Source: Pyrodictium abyssi (GTDB lineage: Archaea > Thermoproteota > Thermoprotei_A > Sulfolobales > Pyrodictiaceae). Taken from it: a stretch of DNA of 32,000 bases. Where the stretch lies: positions 1,440,001 to 1,472,000 of the forward strand of contig NZ_AP028907.1 in the NCBI RefSeq assembly GCF_036323395.1, read 5' to 3'. The notes beneath the pieces are model-generated. The model did no database searches. It saw nothing but the letters and a program-made list of their open reading frames with translations, and was not told where the DNA came from. Position 1 is the stretch's first letter. Every line of letters starts with the position of its first letter. Positions 22,458-31,905 of this stretch are shown in pieces. The position numbers were made by a program, and so were the translations under genes.

Positions 22458-23822
22458 TTAGAGCCCTTTCTCTCTTTCCACGCGCTTTATCTCATCTATT
22501 ATAGCCTCTATGGCGTTCATCAGTGCCTCCTCGTCTATTGTCAGCGGCGGTGCTATACGTATAGTAGAGACGCCTGCACCTATTACTAGGTAGCCACGCT
22601 TGAACAGCCTCAAGAGTATCTCGCCTAGCTCCTTACTAGCCGGCTCCTTTGTCTCACGACTTCTCACAAGCTCTACACCTATCATCAACCCCTTACCACG
22701 TACGTCGCCTATCATCTTGGTCTCGTCCATAGCTTCTACCAGGCGCTTTACCACCTTTTCTCCAAGCCTTGCCGCGCGCTCGCATAGTTTTTCTCTACGG
22801 ATATAGTCTATCACCGCCAGAGCTGCCACCGCCGACACCGGGTTGCCTCCGAAGGTTGACGCATGACCACCTGGCTTAATGCTCATCACGCGCTCGCTTC
22901 CTATGACCGCGCCGAGGGGTAGCCCACCTGCTATGGCCTTAGCTGTGGCCACCACATCTGGCTTTACCCCCCAGTTTTCTATGGCAAACCACTTACCGGT
23001 TCGGCAGAAGCCCGACTGCACCTCGTCGGAGACCAGTAGTATCCCATGTCTACGGGCGAGCTTCTCTAGCTCCGGGAAGAAGTTATCAGGTGGCACTATG
23101 TAGCCGCCTTCCCCCTGTATAGGCTCGAACACGAAGGCGGCTACTTCTGACGGGTCCACTAGCTTGCCGAATATCCACTCCTCTATGTAGCCTATTACGC
23201 GCTCGCCACACTCTCTAGGGTCGTCCACAGCGAAGGGGCACCGGTACGGGTAGGGGTATGGCACATGCACCACGCTGGGTAAGAGTGGTGAGAAACCATA
23301 CCTCTGGACAGCCTTACTCGCTGTGAGGGACACCGCCCCCATTGTTCTGCCGTGGAAGGCGCCGAGGAATGCTATGATGTACTGTCTACCGGTAGAATAC
23401 CTCGAAACCTTTATCGACGCCTCTATGCTCTCGGCTCCGCTATTAGTAAAGAACACCTTAGCGGGCTTCTTGACCGGCACTATCTCTACAAGCTTCTCCG
23501 CGAGTACCACTGCCTCCTCGTAGTAGAAGTCCGTGAGGCTATAGTGTATTAGTTTACGCAGCTGAGCTGTCGCTGCCTCCACCACTGCTGGATTGCTCGA
23601 GCCAACATTCAGTACTCCGAGGCCGGAGTTGAGGTCTATGTACATGTTTCCGTCGGCATCATACACTACGTAGTCCTCAGCGCGCTCGACTACCAGTGGA
23701 TACCATCTGGCAAAGCTCTGCATGATGTACTTATGGTCCTTCTCTATTATCTCTCTGGCCCTAGGGCCTGGAGGCTCAACTATTATCCGTGGAGACGTTA
23801 CCCTAGCCCTCGTGCCTGCCAT
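22458..23822 (-). CDS. Class III PLP-dependent aminotransferase (4-aminobutyrate/ornithine/acetylornithine aminotransferase family)
   Basis: 'TNSGAESIEASIK', 'DEVQSGFCRTGKWFA', PLP-Lys region 'VATAKAIAGGLPLGA', 'STFGGNP'. I prefer the ATG at 23822 (MAGTRARV...) over the track start at 23897. Confidence 0.9.
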   Translation of the reverse strand: MAGTRARVTSPRIIVEPPGPRAREIIEKDHKYIMQSFARWYPLVVERAEDYVVYDADGNMYIDLNSGLGVLNVGSSNPAVVEAATAQLRKLIHYSLTDFYYEEAVVLAEKLVEIVPVKKPAKVFFTNSGAESIEASIKVSRYSTGRQYIIAFLGAFHGRTMGAVSLTASKAVQRYGFSPLLPSVVHVPYPYPYRCPFAVDDPRECGERVIGYIEEWIFGKLVDPSEVAAFVFEPIQGEGGYIVPPDNFFPELEKLARRHGILLVSDEVQSGFCRTGKWFAIENWGVKPDVVATAKAIAGGLPLGAVIGSERVMSIKPGGHASTFGGNPVSAVAALAVIDYIRREKLCERAARLGEKVVKRLVEAMDETKMIGDVRGKGLMIGVELVRSRETKEPASKELGEILLRLFKRGYLVIGAGVSTIRIAPPLTIDEEALMNAIEAIIDEIKRVEREKGL

Positions 23823-23852
23823 TCTCGGACCCACAGAGACTAGCCCATTATC

Positions 23853-23860
23853 AGCTTTAA
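23853..23860. promoter_or_regulatory. Palindromic TATA-like 'ctttaaag' in the 79-nt divergent gap
   Basis: It is centred ~35 nt from the aminotransferase ATG (23822) and ~45 nt from the L35Ae TTG (23902), so it could serve both directions. Confidence 0.3.
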
Positions 23861-23901
23861 AGACCCAGCTGCTGAACCGGCTTGACGGGGGTAGCACGGG
23901 T

Positions 23902-24216
23902 TTGAGCGGGGAAGCTGCGAAGGTCTACACTGGGCTAATACTGGGCTATAGGCTCGGCTCCAACACGCAGTATGAGAACCAGGTGCTGATAAGAGTCGAT
24001 GGGATAGCCGACTCCAACAAGGCTGCCCAGCTCATAGGCTGGCGTGTACTCTACCGCGATAACAAGGGCAACGAGTACCGTGGCAAGATAGTAAGGGTCC
24101 ATGGCAACAAGGGTGTAGTTATAGCCGTATTCAAGCCGAACTTGCCAGGTCAGGCTAGAGGCGGTAACGTCTACATATACCCACGCGGCGTACAGCTGGT
24201 TTTTGAGACGCAGTAA
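23902..24216 (+). CDS. rpl35ae: Ribosomal protein L35Ae
   Basis: 'GLILGYRLGSNTQYENQVLIRV', 'GKIVRVHGNKGVVIAVFKPNLPGQA'. The start is TTG at 23902, because the longer track ORF (from 23722) would overlap the aminotransferase gene. Confidence 0.8.
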   Translation: MSGEAAKVYTGLILGYRLGSNTQYENQVLIRVDGIADSNKAAQLIGWRVLYRDNKGNEYRGKIVRVHGNKGVVIAVFKPNLPGQARGGNVYIYPRGVQLVFETQ

Positions 24217-24320
24217 AGGCCGTACTATAGGATAGGGCCCAGCAACCGAAAAACTTCAAAACGTCATGGCGGCTCCGAGTATTAGATGCTGTTCTCCGCC
24301 TCCTAGCACACTAGCCGGGA

Positions 24321-24764
24321 CTATATCCTCCCCACGTCTACATTGATTATGTACTGCGGGTACACATCACTGCTGCCATCCAGTTTGCGGAGATACTTGG
24401 CCAGCGCGGAGGGCCGGAAGTTATCTACATCAAGCTCGTCCGGCCTAACCCAGCGGAGCTTAAGGTGCTCCTCTCTAGGCTTTATCTCGGCGTCTCCAAG
24501 GCTACAGATAAAGTAGAAGCCTATCTCATGTACTATCCCGCTCCGCCGCCGATAGAAGGACTCGACTATGAAGGCTAGCTTAGCCTCACCTATGTCGGAT
24601 ATACCTAGCTCTTCTCGTAGCTCTCTTTGGAGCCCTTGTAGCACGGTCTCTTCCGGTCTTACCCGGCCGCCTGGTAGTCTGTAGAAGTCGCCTTTCTTAC
24701 TTAGTTGAACGAGGATAAGCCCATCCCGCATTATTATGCAACGCGCCGTCACTCTGAATAGCAT
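24321..24764 (-). CDS. NUDIX hydrolase
   Basis: Nudix box 'GGRVRPEETVLQGLQRELREELGI' (G.5E.7REUXEEXGU). Confidence 0.85.
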   Translation of the reverse strand: MLFRVTARCIIMRDGLILVQLSKKGDFYRLPGGRVRPEETVLQGLQRELREELGISDIGEAKLAFIVESFYRRRSGIVHEIGFYFICSLGDAEIKPREEHLKLRWVRPDELDVDNFRPSALAKYLRKLDGSSDVYPQYIINVDVGRI

Positions 24765-24900
24765 TACCGAGCCCCGGACTTAAGGGCGGAATAGAGAGAC
24801 TTGAATATTAATTTGCACGATTCACGTTATCGCCAGTCCTAGTCTACTGGGCTATGCCGCTTTAATCTAAGTTATACGGGTTGGCGAGGTACAGGGTTAG

Positions 24901-25674
24901 CTACGCTCCAGGTATGACTATTGGGGCTTCTACGCGGTCACCCAGTTCGCGGCTCTCGGCTGAGAGTATGTACGCAGTTTCCGCATCCTCGACGATAGCT
25001 ATCACATGTCTTCCGTATAGGTCGACCCCCACTGCTAATGCGTCTAGCTTCATCAAAGTGTTACGTATCCTCTGCAGCCTCTTTATACCGCTCAGGGTTG
25101 CCACTTTCTCGCCTAGCGTGTCCACGAGGGCTACGGGGTCGTCTATATTGTCGTAGGCCGCAGCCTCTAGCAGCCCTATATTGCTGTACACAGTCTCCAC
25201 AAGCCTTTCCTCGTCCAGAGGCCTTCCTAGTCTAATCGCCACCGCCCATAGCCCCGACAGGTCGTAGAGCGGCATAGTTGAGTCCTCGATGACTACTGTG
25301 CTACCCTCTAAGGATGCTATGGCTGTCTCTACACCCCATATTCTGTCGGATAGACTGTTTACTGTCACGCTACCCTCGTTTGCATAGGCGTCTGACACTA
25401 GGCGGCCGAGTATTTCTCCGAGTGCTGGGCTAGAGTAGTATAACCCACGGCCCCAGACCCTTACCTCAACGTCCTCCACCGCACCCACCGCGCCCAAGCC
25501 ACATGCTTGCGCTACGACAGGGACTTCTACAGCTACGGCTGCCCCTATGCTTACAACGCGTGGCAGTAGTGTTAGCGTCGCGTATGCCTCTACCTCTATA
25601 CAGCGTGAAACCCCGGTAGCCGTTAGTATTATCCCTGCATGGATGACGTGGCTTCTCCCCAGTGTCCCTATCAA
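24901..25674 (-). CDS. Hypothetical protein (257 aa); possibly a degenerate GHMP-kinase-like protein
   Basis: TTG start. 'PVVAQACGLGAVGAV' sits where a GHMP 'P.G.GLGSSAA' loop could be, and the gene is next to mevalonate kinase. The match is weak. Confidence 0.45.
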   Translation of the reverse strand: MIGTLGRSHVIHAGIILTATGVSRCIEVEAYATLTLLPRVVSIGAAVAVEVPVVAQACGLGAVGAVEDVEVRVWGRGLYYSSPALGEILGRLVSDAYANEGSVTVNSLSDRIWGVETAIASLEGSTVVIEDSTMPLYDLSGLWAVAIRLGRPLDEERLVETVYSNIGLLEAAAYDNIDDPVALVDTLGEKVATLSGIKRLQRIRNTLMKLDALAVGVDLYGRHVIAIVEDAETAYILSAESRELGDRVEAPIVIPGA

Positions 25675-25877
25675 GCTAGCTCCCCGTAGCGGTAGTCTTA
25701 GATGATGCTGTAGAGGCTAGATACAGAGGGGGTAGTAACACTAGGCTATATACGTGGCCATATAACAGCCATAGTAGGTGGGGCTACAATTATTGATTGC
25801 ACGCTCCACAAGCCGCTAGCAGCAGCGCACCGTGTGAAACCTTGGTACGAGGCCAGGCGCTAGAATCTCTTCACAGC

Positions 25878-26846
25878 TTACTCCAGAACCGTTACACTAA
25901 CACCTTGGACGCCTAGAGCGCCACTATACACCTGGAATCCGAGCCTACGTAGATTCTCGGCTACGGCAGCTGCCCTTTCCTTCTCTACAAGGGCTATTGC
26001 CGAGCCGCCCATGCCTGCACCAGTAAGCTTGGCTCCGAGCGCACCACTAGCCCTAGCTATGTGGACCGCTCTTTCTAGCTCAGTATGGGATACCCCCATA
26101 GCGTTTAAGAGGCCGTGTGCTACGTCCATTAACTCGCCGAGCCTTACAGCATCCCCCTTGCGTAGTGTGTGAAGAGCTTCCTCAACTATGCTCTCAGCTA
26201 ATCTGAGCAAGTCCTGTCCTATACTACCGAGTCTTTTAAGCCGGCTAGTGAATAGACTAACTGCCTTCGCAGTAGATCGCGTTACACCAGTGTCTATGAC
26301 TAGAAGCGTCACGTCACTTAGGCTCCCTACGCGTATAGCCTCGAATCCTTCCCCACGACGATACAGCAAGAACCCCCCAAAGGCTGAGACCGTGTTATCT
26401 ACACCACTCGGTGTACCGTGCACTAGCTTCTCGCTCTCATACGCGGCATTAGATACAAGCTCTGGCGTAACATCGAGGCCGCCAACACACGCATAAGCCG
26501 CCGAAGCAGAGACAGCGACCGCTGCACTACTACCAAGCCCTGCACCTACCGGTATCTCAGAGTCCACCACTATCTTGGCGGGCCACAGTACACCATCAGC
26601 TATATACTCGAAGGACCTCCTTAGGTTGCAAAACACCCTACACGATTTCGATACATCTTCCACCACACCAAGATTCCTCGATTCGACGACTAGCCCTTCC
26701 CCGAGTGGCTCAGCATGAACGCTAGAGTATAGGCCTATGGCAGAAGCTAAAGCCCGCCCCCCGTGTACTACCCAGTGCTCGCCAAAGAGTATCACTTTCG
26801 CTGGCGCCCTAGCGCGGCACTTCAAGGGGCGTATCCCTTCCCTCAT
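25878..26846 (-). CDS. mvk: Mevalonate kinase
   Basis: 'APAKVILFGEHWVVHG', GHMP motif 'PVGAGLGSSAAVAVSA', C-terminal 'KLTGAGMGGSAIAL'. Confidence 0.9.
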   Translation of the reverse strand: MREGIRPLKCRARAPAKVILFGEHWVVHGGRALASAIGLYSSVHAEPLGEGLVVESRNLGVVEDVSKSCRVFCNLRRSFEYIADGVLWPAKIVVDSEIPVGAGLGSSAAVAVSASAAYACVGGLDVTPELVSNAAYESEKLVHGTPSGVDNTVSAFGGFLLYRRGEGFEAIRVGSLSDVTLLVIDTGVTRSTAKAVSLFTSRLKRLGSIGQDLLRLAESIVEEALHTLRKGDAVRLGELMDVAHGLLNAMGVSHTELERAVHIARASGALGAKLTGAGMGGSAIALVEKERAAAVAENLRRLGFQVYSGALGVQGVSVTVLE

Positions 26847-27061
26847 GCTGGACTGCTATCCAGCTACACGGGGATAATTAGGCCTTAACTACACAATTAG
26901 TCTACAGAAGAAGTAGATACCCCATCGTAGCCTTAATCAAGTTTAGAGGAGCATACAGTGTGTGACCTAAGTCTTCGTTCATTTTTGTCTAGCCTGCTGC
27001 AAGAAGAGAAACTAGGGAATAACCTAGACGCTACGTACGGTACAGCGGGTAAGTGTAAAGG

Positions 27062-27074
27062 AAAAAGCGTAAAA
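27062..27074 (-). terminator. Oligo-T tracts (T5, T4 on the minus strand) after cren7
   Basis: Plus-strand 'aaaaagcgtaaaa' lies 28-40 nt beyond the cren7 stop. Confidence 0.45.
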
Positions 27075-27101
27075 CGTGCTATGGTGCTTGTTTTGTCCTC
27101 G

Positions 27102-27290
27102 TTAGCTGCATATTGGGTAGTCGTCTGGCACCTTAGCGCGGAAGTACTTGCCGGTCTCTGGGCTCTTGAATAGGCCTATCTTTACGCCCTTCCTGCCCCT
27201 GGGGGCTAGCTGCCACACCTTGATGGGTACTAGCTCTACCTCCTTACCAGTAGTCGGGTCACGAACCTTCACAGCCTTCTCACAAGCCAT
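27102..27290 (-). CDS. cren7: Chromatin protein Cren7
   Basis: '[42 protein letters not shown]' is nearly identical in pattern to Sulfolobus Cren7 ('[42 protein letters not shown]', from memory). First ATG at 27290. Confidence 0.9.
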   Translation of the reverse strand: MACEKAVKVRDPTTGKEVELVPIKVWQLAPRGRKGVKIGLFKSPETGKYFRAKVPDDYPICS

Positions 27291-27345
27291 ACACAACACA
27301 CCCCACTAAGTCCTCTTTCTCGTGTAGTAACCTTCTCTTCTACTC

Positions 27346-27353
27346 TTTTATAG
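27346..27353 (-). promoter_or_regulatory. TATA box for cren7
   Basis: Minus-strand 'cctataaaag', ~60 nt upstream of the ATG. Confidence 0.45.
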
Positions 27354-27606
27354 GCTTTACGTTTAGGGCCGGTAGAGGGGTTTCCTAGCCCCCCGGCACC
27401 CGCTGGGAATACATTTGTATTACCCGGGAGCCGGGAGCCTTTGCTCCACACTAGAACCAGGCCAGTATTATCACAATACTGACTGTGGACGAGACTTTAG
27501 AGTCTCAAACCCTGTACTCGCCAGCCAACTGCTCGGTGACCGATACACGGGCTACTTAGAGAGTTTACACTAAAGCCTCCAGGGCCGCCGTAGCTCTTTT
27601 ACCCTG

Positions 27607-30102
27607 GTGATACGCGGGGGCTGCAGTATGGGTGCTGCGCCTTCGTCGGTGCAGAGCTTTAGGCCTAGGATAGAGGAGAAGCGCTGGAGCAAAGAGATTG
27701 AGAAAGAACTCCTAGAGAAGTGGGCCGAAGAGAAGCTATACGAGTTCAACCTGGAGCGCGAGGGCCCAGTTCTAGTGATAGACACTCCACCACCATACCC
27801 CAGTGGCAAGTGGCACGTCGGCGGTGCTGCCCACTACGCGCAGATCGACATGATAGCACGCTATTTCCGCATGAAGGGCTGGAACGTGTTTGTGCCATGG
27901 TACGCGGACCGTAACGGCCTCCCGGTAGAGGTCGCTGTAGAGAAGAAGTACAAGATAGTGGCCCACGAGATGGCAAAGACTAAGGAGGGGCGCCTAAAGT
28001 TCCTAGAAATGTGCAGCCGAGAGCTTGACAAGATAGAGGAGGAACTGGTAAGGATATGGTCAAGGCTTGGCTGCAGCTTCACGTACCTCAGGAACGGCAC
28101 CGATAGCCCCGAGTACCGCCGTATAACACAGGCTACTTTCATCGAGCTCTGGAAGCGGGGCCTCATATACGAAGATGAAAGGCCTGTGAACTGGTGCCCC
28201 CGATGCCGTACTACTCTAAGCGAGGCCGAGATAGAGCACCGCGAGGAGGACGCGTACCTCTACTACGTGAAGTGGAAGGTTAAGGAGACTGGAGAAGAGA
28301 TAGTGATTGCTACCACACGGCCAGAACTCATCGGCGCTGCACGCGCCGTGGTCTATAACCCGGAGGACGAGCGCTATAAGAAGCTAAAAGGTCTACATGC
28401 AATAGTACCCCTGTATGGCTATGAGGTCCCGATAATGGAGCATCCTGCCGCTAAGCCTGAGTTCGGAACAGGCCTCGTAATGGTAAGCAGCTATGGTGAC
28501 TGGACGGACGTACAGATGCTAAACGACCTCGGGCTAAAGCCGAGAATAATAGTCAACCACGATGGCACACTCAACGAGAAGGCTGGCTTCCTCCAAGGCC
28601 TCACAATAAGAGAAGCAAGACGCCGCATAGTCGAGGAGCTTGAGAAGAACGGGCTTATAGAGAAGAAGGAGCCCCTAAGACACAGCGTACCCATATGCTG
28701 GCGCTGTAAGACCCCCGTCGAGATAGTCCACGTCCGCGAATACTTCCTGAAACAGCTAGAGTTCAAGAACCAGCTACGCGAGATAGCACAGAAGGTGTAC
28801 TTCCGGCCAGAGAAGCATCGCCAGAAGCTCCTGGACTGGATCGATAGCTTGAAGATGGACTGGCCCATATCGCGTACAAGGTACTATGGCACAGAGATAC
28901 CTCTCTGGACATGCCGCCGTTGTGGCGCAAAGCATGTCCCTGAGCCCGGCCGCTACTACCGCCCATGGCTGGAAGAGCCGCCGTGGGACAAGTGCCCGAG
29001 CTGCGGCGCTCCACGCAGCGAGCTAGAGGGGGAGAAACGCGTATTCGATACATGGTTCGACTCGAGCATAAGCGTGCTATACGCGTCGGGGTACATGAGG
29101 GAGCCAAGACTATTCGAGAAAGTATTCCCGAAGGACGAGGAGCTACCCTACACGATGAGGCCCCAGGGCCTCGATATCATAAGGACATGGCTCTACTTCT
29201 CAATACTGCGTGTCTACCAGCTACTAGGCAAGCCAGCGTTCAGGTGGATACGCGTAACCGGGATGGGCCTAGACCCTACCGGCAGGACCATGCACAAGAG
29301 CCTGGGCAACGTAATAGACCCAGAGCCCTACATAGAGACGTATGGCGCTGAACCCTTCCGGTTCTGGGCAGCCGCCGCTGCTAGGCTAGGCGACGACTAC
29401 CGCTTCAGCGAGCAAGTGCTAAAGACCGGTAAGCTCTTCCTAACCAAGCTGTGGAACATCTCAAGGTTCGTATCGAGCTTCCCTAGGCCCACCGAGGGCT
29501 ACAAGCTAAGGCCGATAGACCTAGTGTTCCTAGGCGCGCTGAACGAGCTGATAAAGAGGGTAGACCACTACTACGGAGAAGAGCTCGACGTACACCAGCC
29601 TATAAACGAGCTCTACAACTTCACATGGAACGTGTTCGCCTCACACTACATAGAGATAGTGAAGACCCGGGCCTACAACAGAGAAGGAGAATTCAACGAA
29701 GAAGAACAGAAAGCAGCCTGGTACACACTCCACTCCATACTAGATGCCATACTGCGTATGCTAGCCCCCATACTGCCCTTCGTGACAGACGCACTATACC
29801 GTAGACTCTACGGCGAGTCAGTACATCGACAGCGGTTCCCAGAGCCCAACCCAGAGTGGGAGACAGACTACGCCAAGATGCTAGACCGTATACTAGCACT
29901 TAACAGCGCTGTATGGACATGGAAGCGCAGCAATGGCTACAAGCTGTCCGACAGGGTAGAGGGCTACAAGCTCTACGTAGACAAGACGTTCGAGCCATTC
30001 ATAAAGGATCTGTCATATATGCATAAGATAGACATCGTTGTCGACGAGCCCCCAGAAGGTGCAGAAGAGCTCACAGATGGCGTCTATGTGGCCAAGGCCT
30101 AG
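27607..30102 (+). CDS. valS: Valyl-tRNA synthetase
   Basis: Class Ia fold: 'IDTPPPYPSGKWHVGGAAHY' (HIGH region), 'MHKSLGN' (KMSKS region), editing-domain Zn knuckles 'WCPRCRT' and 'CWRCKT'. 831 aa fits archaeal ValRS size. The start may be the ATG at 27628. Confidence 0.8.
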   Translation: MIRGGCSMGAAPSSVQSFRPRIEEKRWSKEIEKELLEKWAEEKLYEFNLEREGPVLVIDTPPPYPSGKWHVGGAAHYAQIDMIARYFRMKGWNVFVPWYADRNGLPVEVAVEKKYKIVAHEMAKTKEGRLKFLEMCSRELDKIEEELVRIWSRLGCSFTYLRNGTDSPEYRRITQATFIELWKRGLIYEDERPVNWCPRCRTTLSEAEIEHREEDAYLYYVKWKVKETGEEIVIATTRPELIGAARAVVYNPEDERYKKLKGLHAIVPLYGYEVPIMEHPAAKPEFGTGLVMVSSYGDWTDVQMLNDLGLKPRIIVNHDGTLNEKAGFLQGLTIREARRRIVEELEKNGLIEKKEPLRHSVPICWRCKTPVEIVHVREYFLKQLEFKNQLREIAQKVYFRPEKHRQKLLDWIDSLKMDWPISRTRYYGTEIPLWTCRRCGAKHVPEPGRYYRPWLEEPPWDKCPSCGAPRSELEGEKRVFDTWFDSSISVLYASGYMREPRLFEKVFPKDEELPYTMRPQGLDIIRTWLYFSILRVYQLLGKPAFRWIRVTGMGLDPTGRTMHKSLGNVIDPEPYIETYGAEPFRFWAAAAARLGDDYRFSEQVLKTGKLFLTKLWNISRFVSSFPRPTEGYKLRPIDLVFLGALNELIKRVDHYYGEELDVHQPINELYNFTWNVFASHYIEIVKTRAYNREGEFNEEEQKAAWYTLHSILDAILRMLAPILPFVTDALYRRLYGESVHRQRFPEPNPEWETDYAKMLDRILALNSAVWTWKRSNGYKLSDRVEGYKLYVDKTFEPFIKDLSYMHKIDIVVDEPPEGAEELTDGVYVAKA

Positions 30103-30108
30103 GAACGG

Positions 30109-30113
30109 TTTTT
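30109..30113 (+). terminator. Oligo-T (T5) directly after valS
   Basis: 'taggaacggtttttcac'; the T5 begins 7 nt after the stop codon. Confidence 0.5.
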
Positions 30114-30339
30114 CACAGCCCGCCCCGAGCAAACACGCATCTCCACATCCCGACAGACGCTAAATACCATGAATGGACGCAGGCATAGCACATGGAGCCC
30201 CGGAGCCGCTATGACTACTTGGATAGCAACCGCCCTTACCGGGGATGACTGGAGCCGAGCAGCTGACAGGTGATGTATCGGATTTCGTCTGACCCACAGC
30301 ATACCAGGCCAGACATGTTTAACAGAGCCCAACCCGGCC

Positions 30340-30440
30340 ACACTTACTCCACTGGACCCGCGACGCCCGGGGAGAGGCCGCCCGACCGGCCCGGCGGACT
30401 GTGACCCCGGGTCTCCCGGCCTTCAACCCACCATTCTGTG
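30340..30440. other. Extremely GC-rich ORF-free segment; possible structured RNA of unknown class
   Basis: By my count 50 of the 60 nt at 30361-30420 are G/C. Several mutually exclusive helices are possible: CCCGGGG 30366-72 with CCCCGGG 30405-11; GGGAGA 30370-75 with TCTCCC 30412-17; CCGGG 30407-11 with CCCGG 30415-19. No ORF of 60 aa or more lies in 30342-30538. Confidence 0.3.
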
Positions 30441-30538
30441 CCCACCCTGATCCGCTTGTAGAGGCTGTTTCCTCGGCTAGAGGCTAGGTTATAGCACCCC
30501 CTTCCCTGATGCACGCTTACTTCATGGTGGCCGATTAG

Positions 30539-31147
30539 ATGGCGACAGACCGTAACAGGCTTAGAAACCTTGACAGAATGTTAACAGCACTAAAGTCTAC
30601 ACCGCGTACCGGGTGGATGCTACGCGGCGTACATGCTGCACTTGCTGAGAGCATTGCCGAGCATATGGCCGAGTCCGCCGTACTAGCCCTTCTAATAGCC
30701 GAGTTCCTGAGAAAGAAGGGAGTTAACGTCAACGTATTCAGGGCCGCTGCGATATCAGCGGTACATGACCTCTCAGAAGCAGTGATTGGCGACATAGTGA
30801 AGATGACAGCAGACGCTATAGGGAAGGAGCGTAAAGAGCATCTCGAGCTCACTGTAGCCCGAGACATGGTTGGAGAAGATAGCATAGTATACGACCTAAT
30901 ATACGAGTACATCGAGCAAAAGACCATAGAATCACAGGTAGCTAAGCTGGCTGAAACCCTTTCAACACTGCTCCAAAGCCTACGCTACATTAGTCAAGGC
31001 TACAGGGATGTAGCCGAGATCGCTTGTTCATCCGCACACAGCATAGATAGAATGCTACAAGATTCAAAAGACATAGCCGAGCTGAAGGAAATTCTAGACG
31101 AGTTTGTCAGAGCTGGCAAAGAGGCCTGCAAAGCTCTAACCTCATAA
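30539..31147 (+). CDS. HD-domain phosphohydrolase (YfbR-like 5'-deoxynucleotidase type)
   Basis: 'TPRTGWMLRGV', 'ESIAEHMAESAVLA', 'AVHDLSEAVIGDI' (H...HD...D metal ligands). Confidence 0.8.
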   Translation: MATDRNRLRNLDRMLTALKSTPRTGWMLRGVHAALAESIAEHMAESAVLALLIAEFLRKKGVNVNVFRAAAISAVHDLSEAVIGDIVKMTADAIGKERKEHLELTVARDMVGEDSIVYDLIYEYIEQKTIESQVAKLAETLSTLLQSLRYISQGYRDVAEIACSSAHSIDRMLQDSKDIAELKEILDEFVRAGKEACKALTS

Positions 31148-31905
31148 GGTGTAGTCACACCTATTTAATATATCGAAATACTACTCTGCAGCTTATTTTA
31201 CAAGCAAGATAGCAGGCCATAGACTTAATAGATCTAGAAGTCTTTTAACAAGTAGTATCCTGTAGCATGCTCGGCTCTGACTCCTCCAAATTATAGACAA
31301 GAAGAATACTTGTTACATATACTGCTCATGAATGTCATGGAGTTGGAGATGGGTATCAGGCGATATCCATGCAGGCTATTGGACTGCGCCGTTCTCTCCT
31401 GAAGGGATGATATGGTAATGTTGAGACTGTATTATGATGTTTCTGGGTAAGGTAGAACGTTGTAGCTACTGGGCTTCCGGCGGCGTATTGGTTAACCTAT
31501 AAGTTAGTTGATATGCTTGCTGTACGTAGTCGCGACAGGCGATATTAGTGAGAAGCCGAGAGCGTAGCCGTATGTCGCGCCTGGCTGCAAGGGTAGGTGC
31601 GCTGGGCTGCTCAGCAGCCGGCTTCATACTAACTATAGCTAATTATATAGTGTAAAAGCTGCTCATTATGTGACTATACTTATATATTAGATAGTAGTAT
31701 GGATAATCATGTTGCTGATGTATGAAGATAGAGGGCGTAATAGAGAAAGCATATTCTGTATAATGATGAGAAGATGGTGATATGTTATATAGTCATTTAA
31801 CTATTGTTCTATAAAGCTATGTTGATATAGGACGTTAAAGTGTTGTGTTATATGTTTCTAATTTGGTAATAGTATTAAGTGTTAATTTGACGCCTTTGTG
31901 GGACC
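31148..31905. other. Long ORF-free, AT-rich non-coding region
   Basis: No ORF of 60 aa or more on any frame from 31148 to the window end. By my count 31621-31860 is ~30% G+C, against ~50-60% for sampled coding stretches (mostly 53-60%). Confidence 0.7.
31605..31619. repeat. Perfect 15-bp palindrome GGCTGCTCAGCAGCC
   Basis: Exact dyad at the GC-rich border of the AT-rich core. A 7-bp inverted repeat (31531-37 with 31573-79) lies just upstream. Confidence 0.6.

Noticed and set aside
26958-27173. 71-aa plus-strand ORF
   Set aside because: It overlaps the 3' end and terminator of cren7 on the opposite strand, and its composition is odd. Cren7 identity on the other strand is unambiguous.
27366-27450. 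tRNA gene suggested by 'GGGCCGGTAG...'
   Set aside because: No complementary 3' acceptor strand (CCGGCCC) lies within 120 nt, there is no T-loop (TTCRAAT), and the D-stem does not pair.
30099-30341. 80-aa minus-strand ORF after valS
   Set aside because: Poor composition, no promoter or start context, and it overlaps the valS stop and terminator.
30103-30538. SRP (7S) RNA or RNase P RNA on the minus strand. The minus strand has 'GGGCCGGUCGGGCGGCC', 'GUCAUCCCCGGUAAGGGCGG', 'GACGAAAUCCG' and 'CACAGAAUGG', which are loosely like SRP helix-8 and RNase P CR-I/CR-IV motifs.
   Set aside because: The invariant SRP 'GGCCCGGAAGGGAGCA' and the RNase P 'GAGGAAAGUCC' are not present. The RNase P-like words are in the wrong order, and no TATA box precedes the putative 5' end. 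It is kept only as an unclassified GC-rich element.
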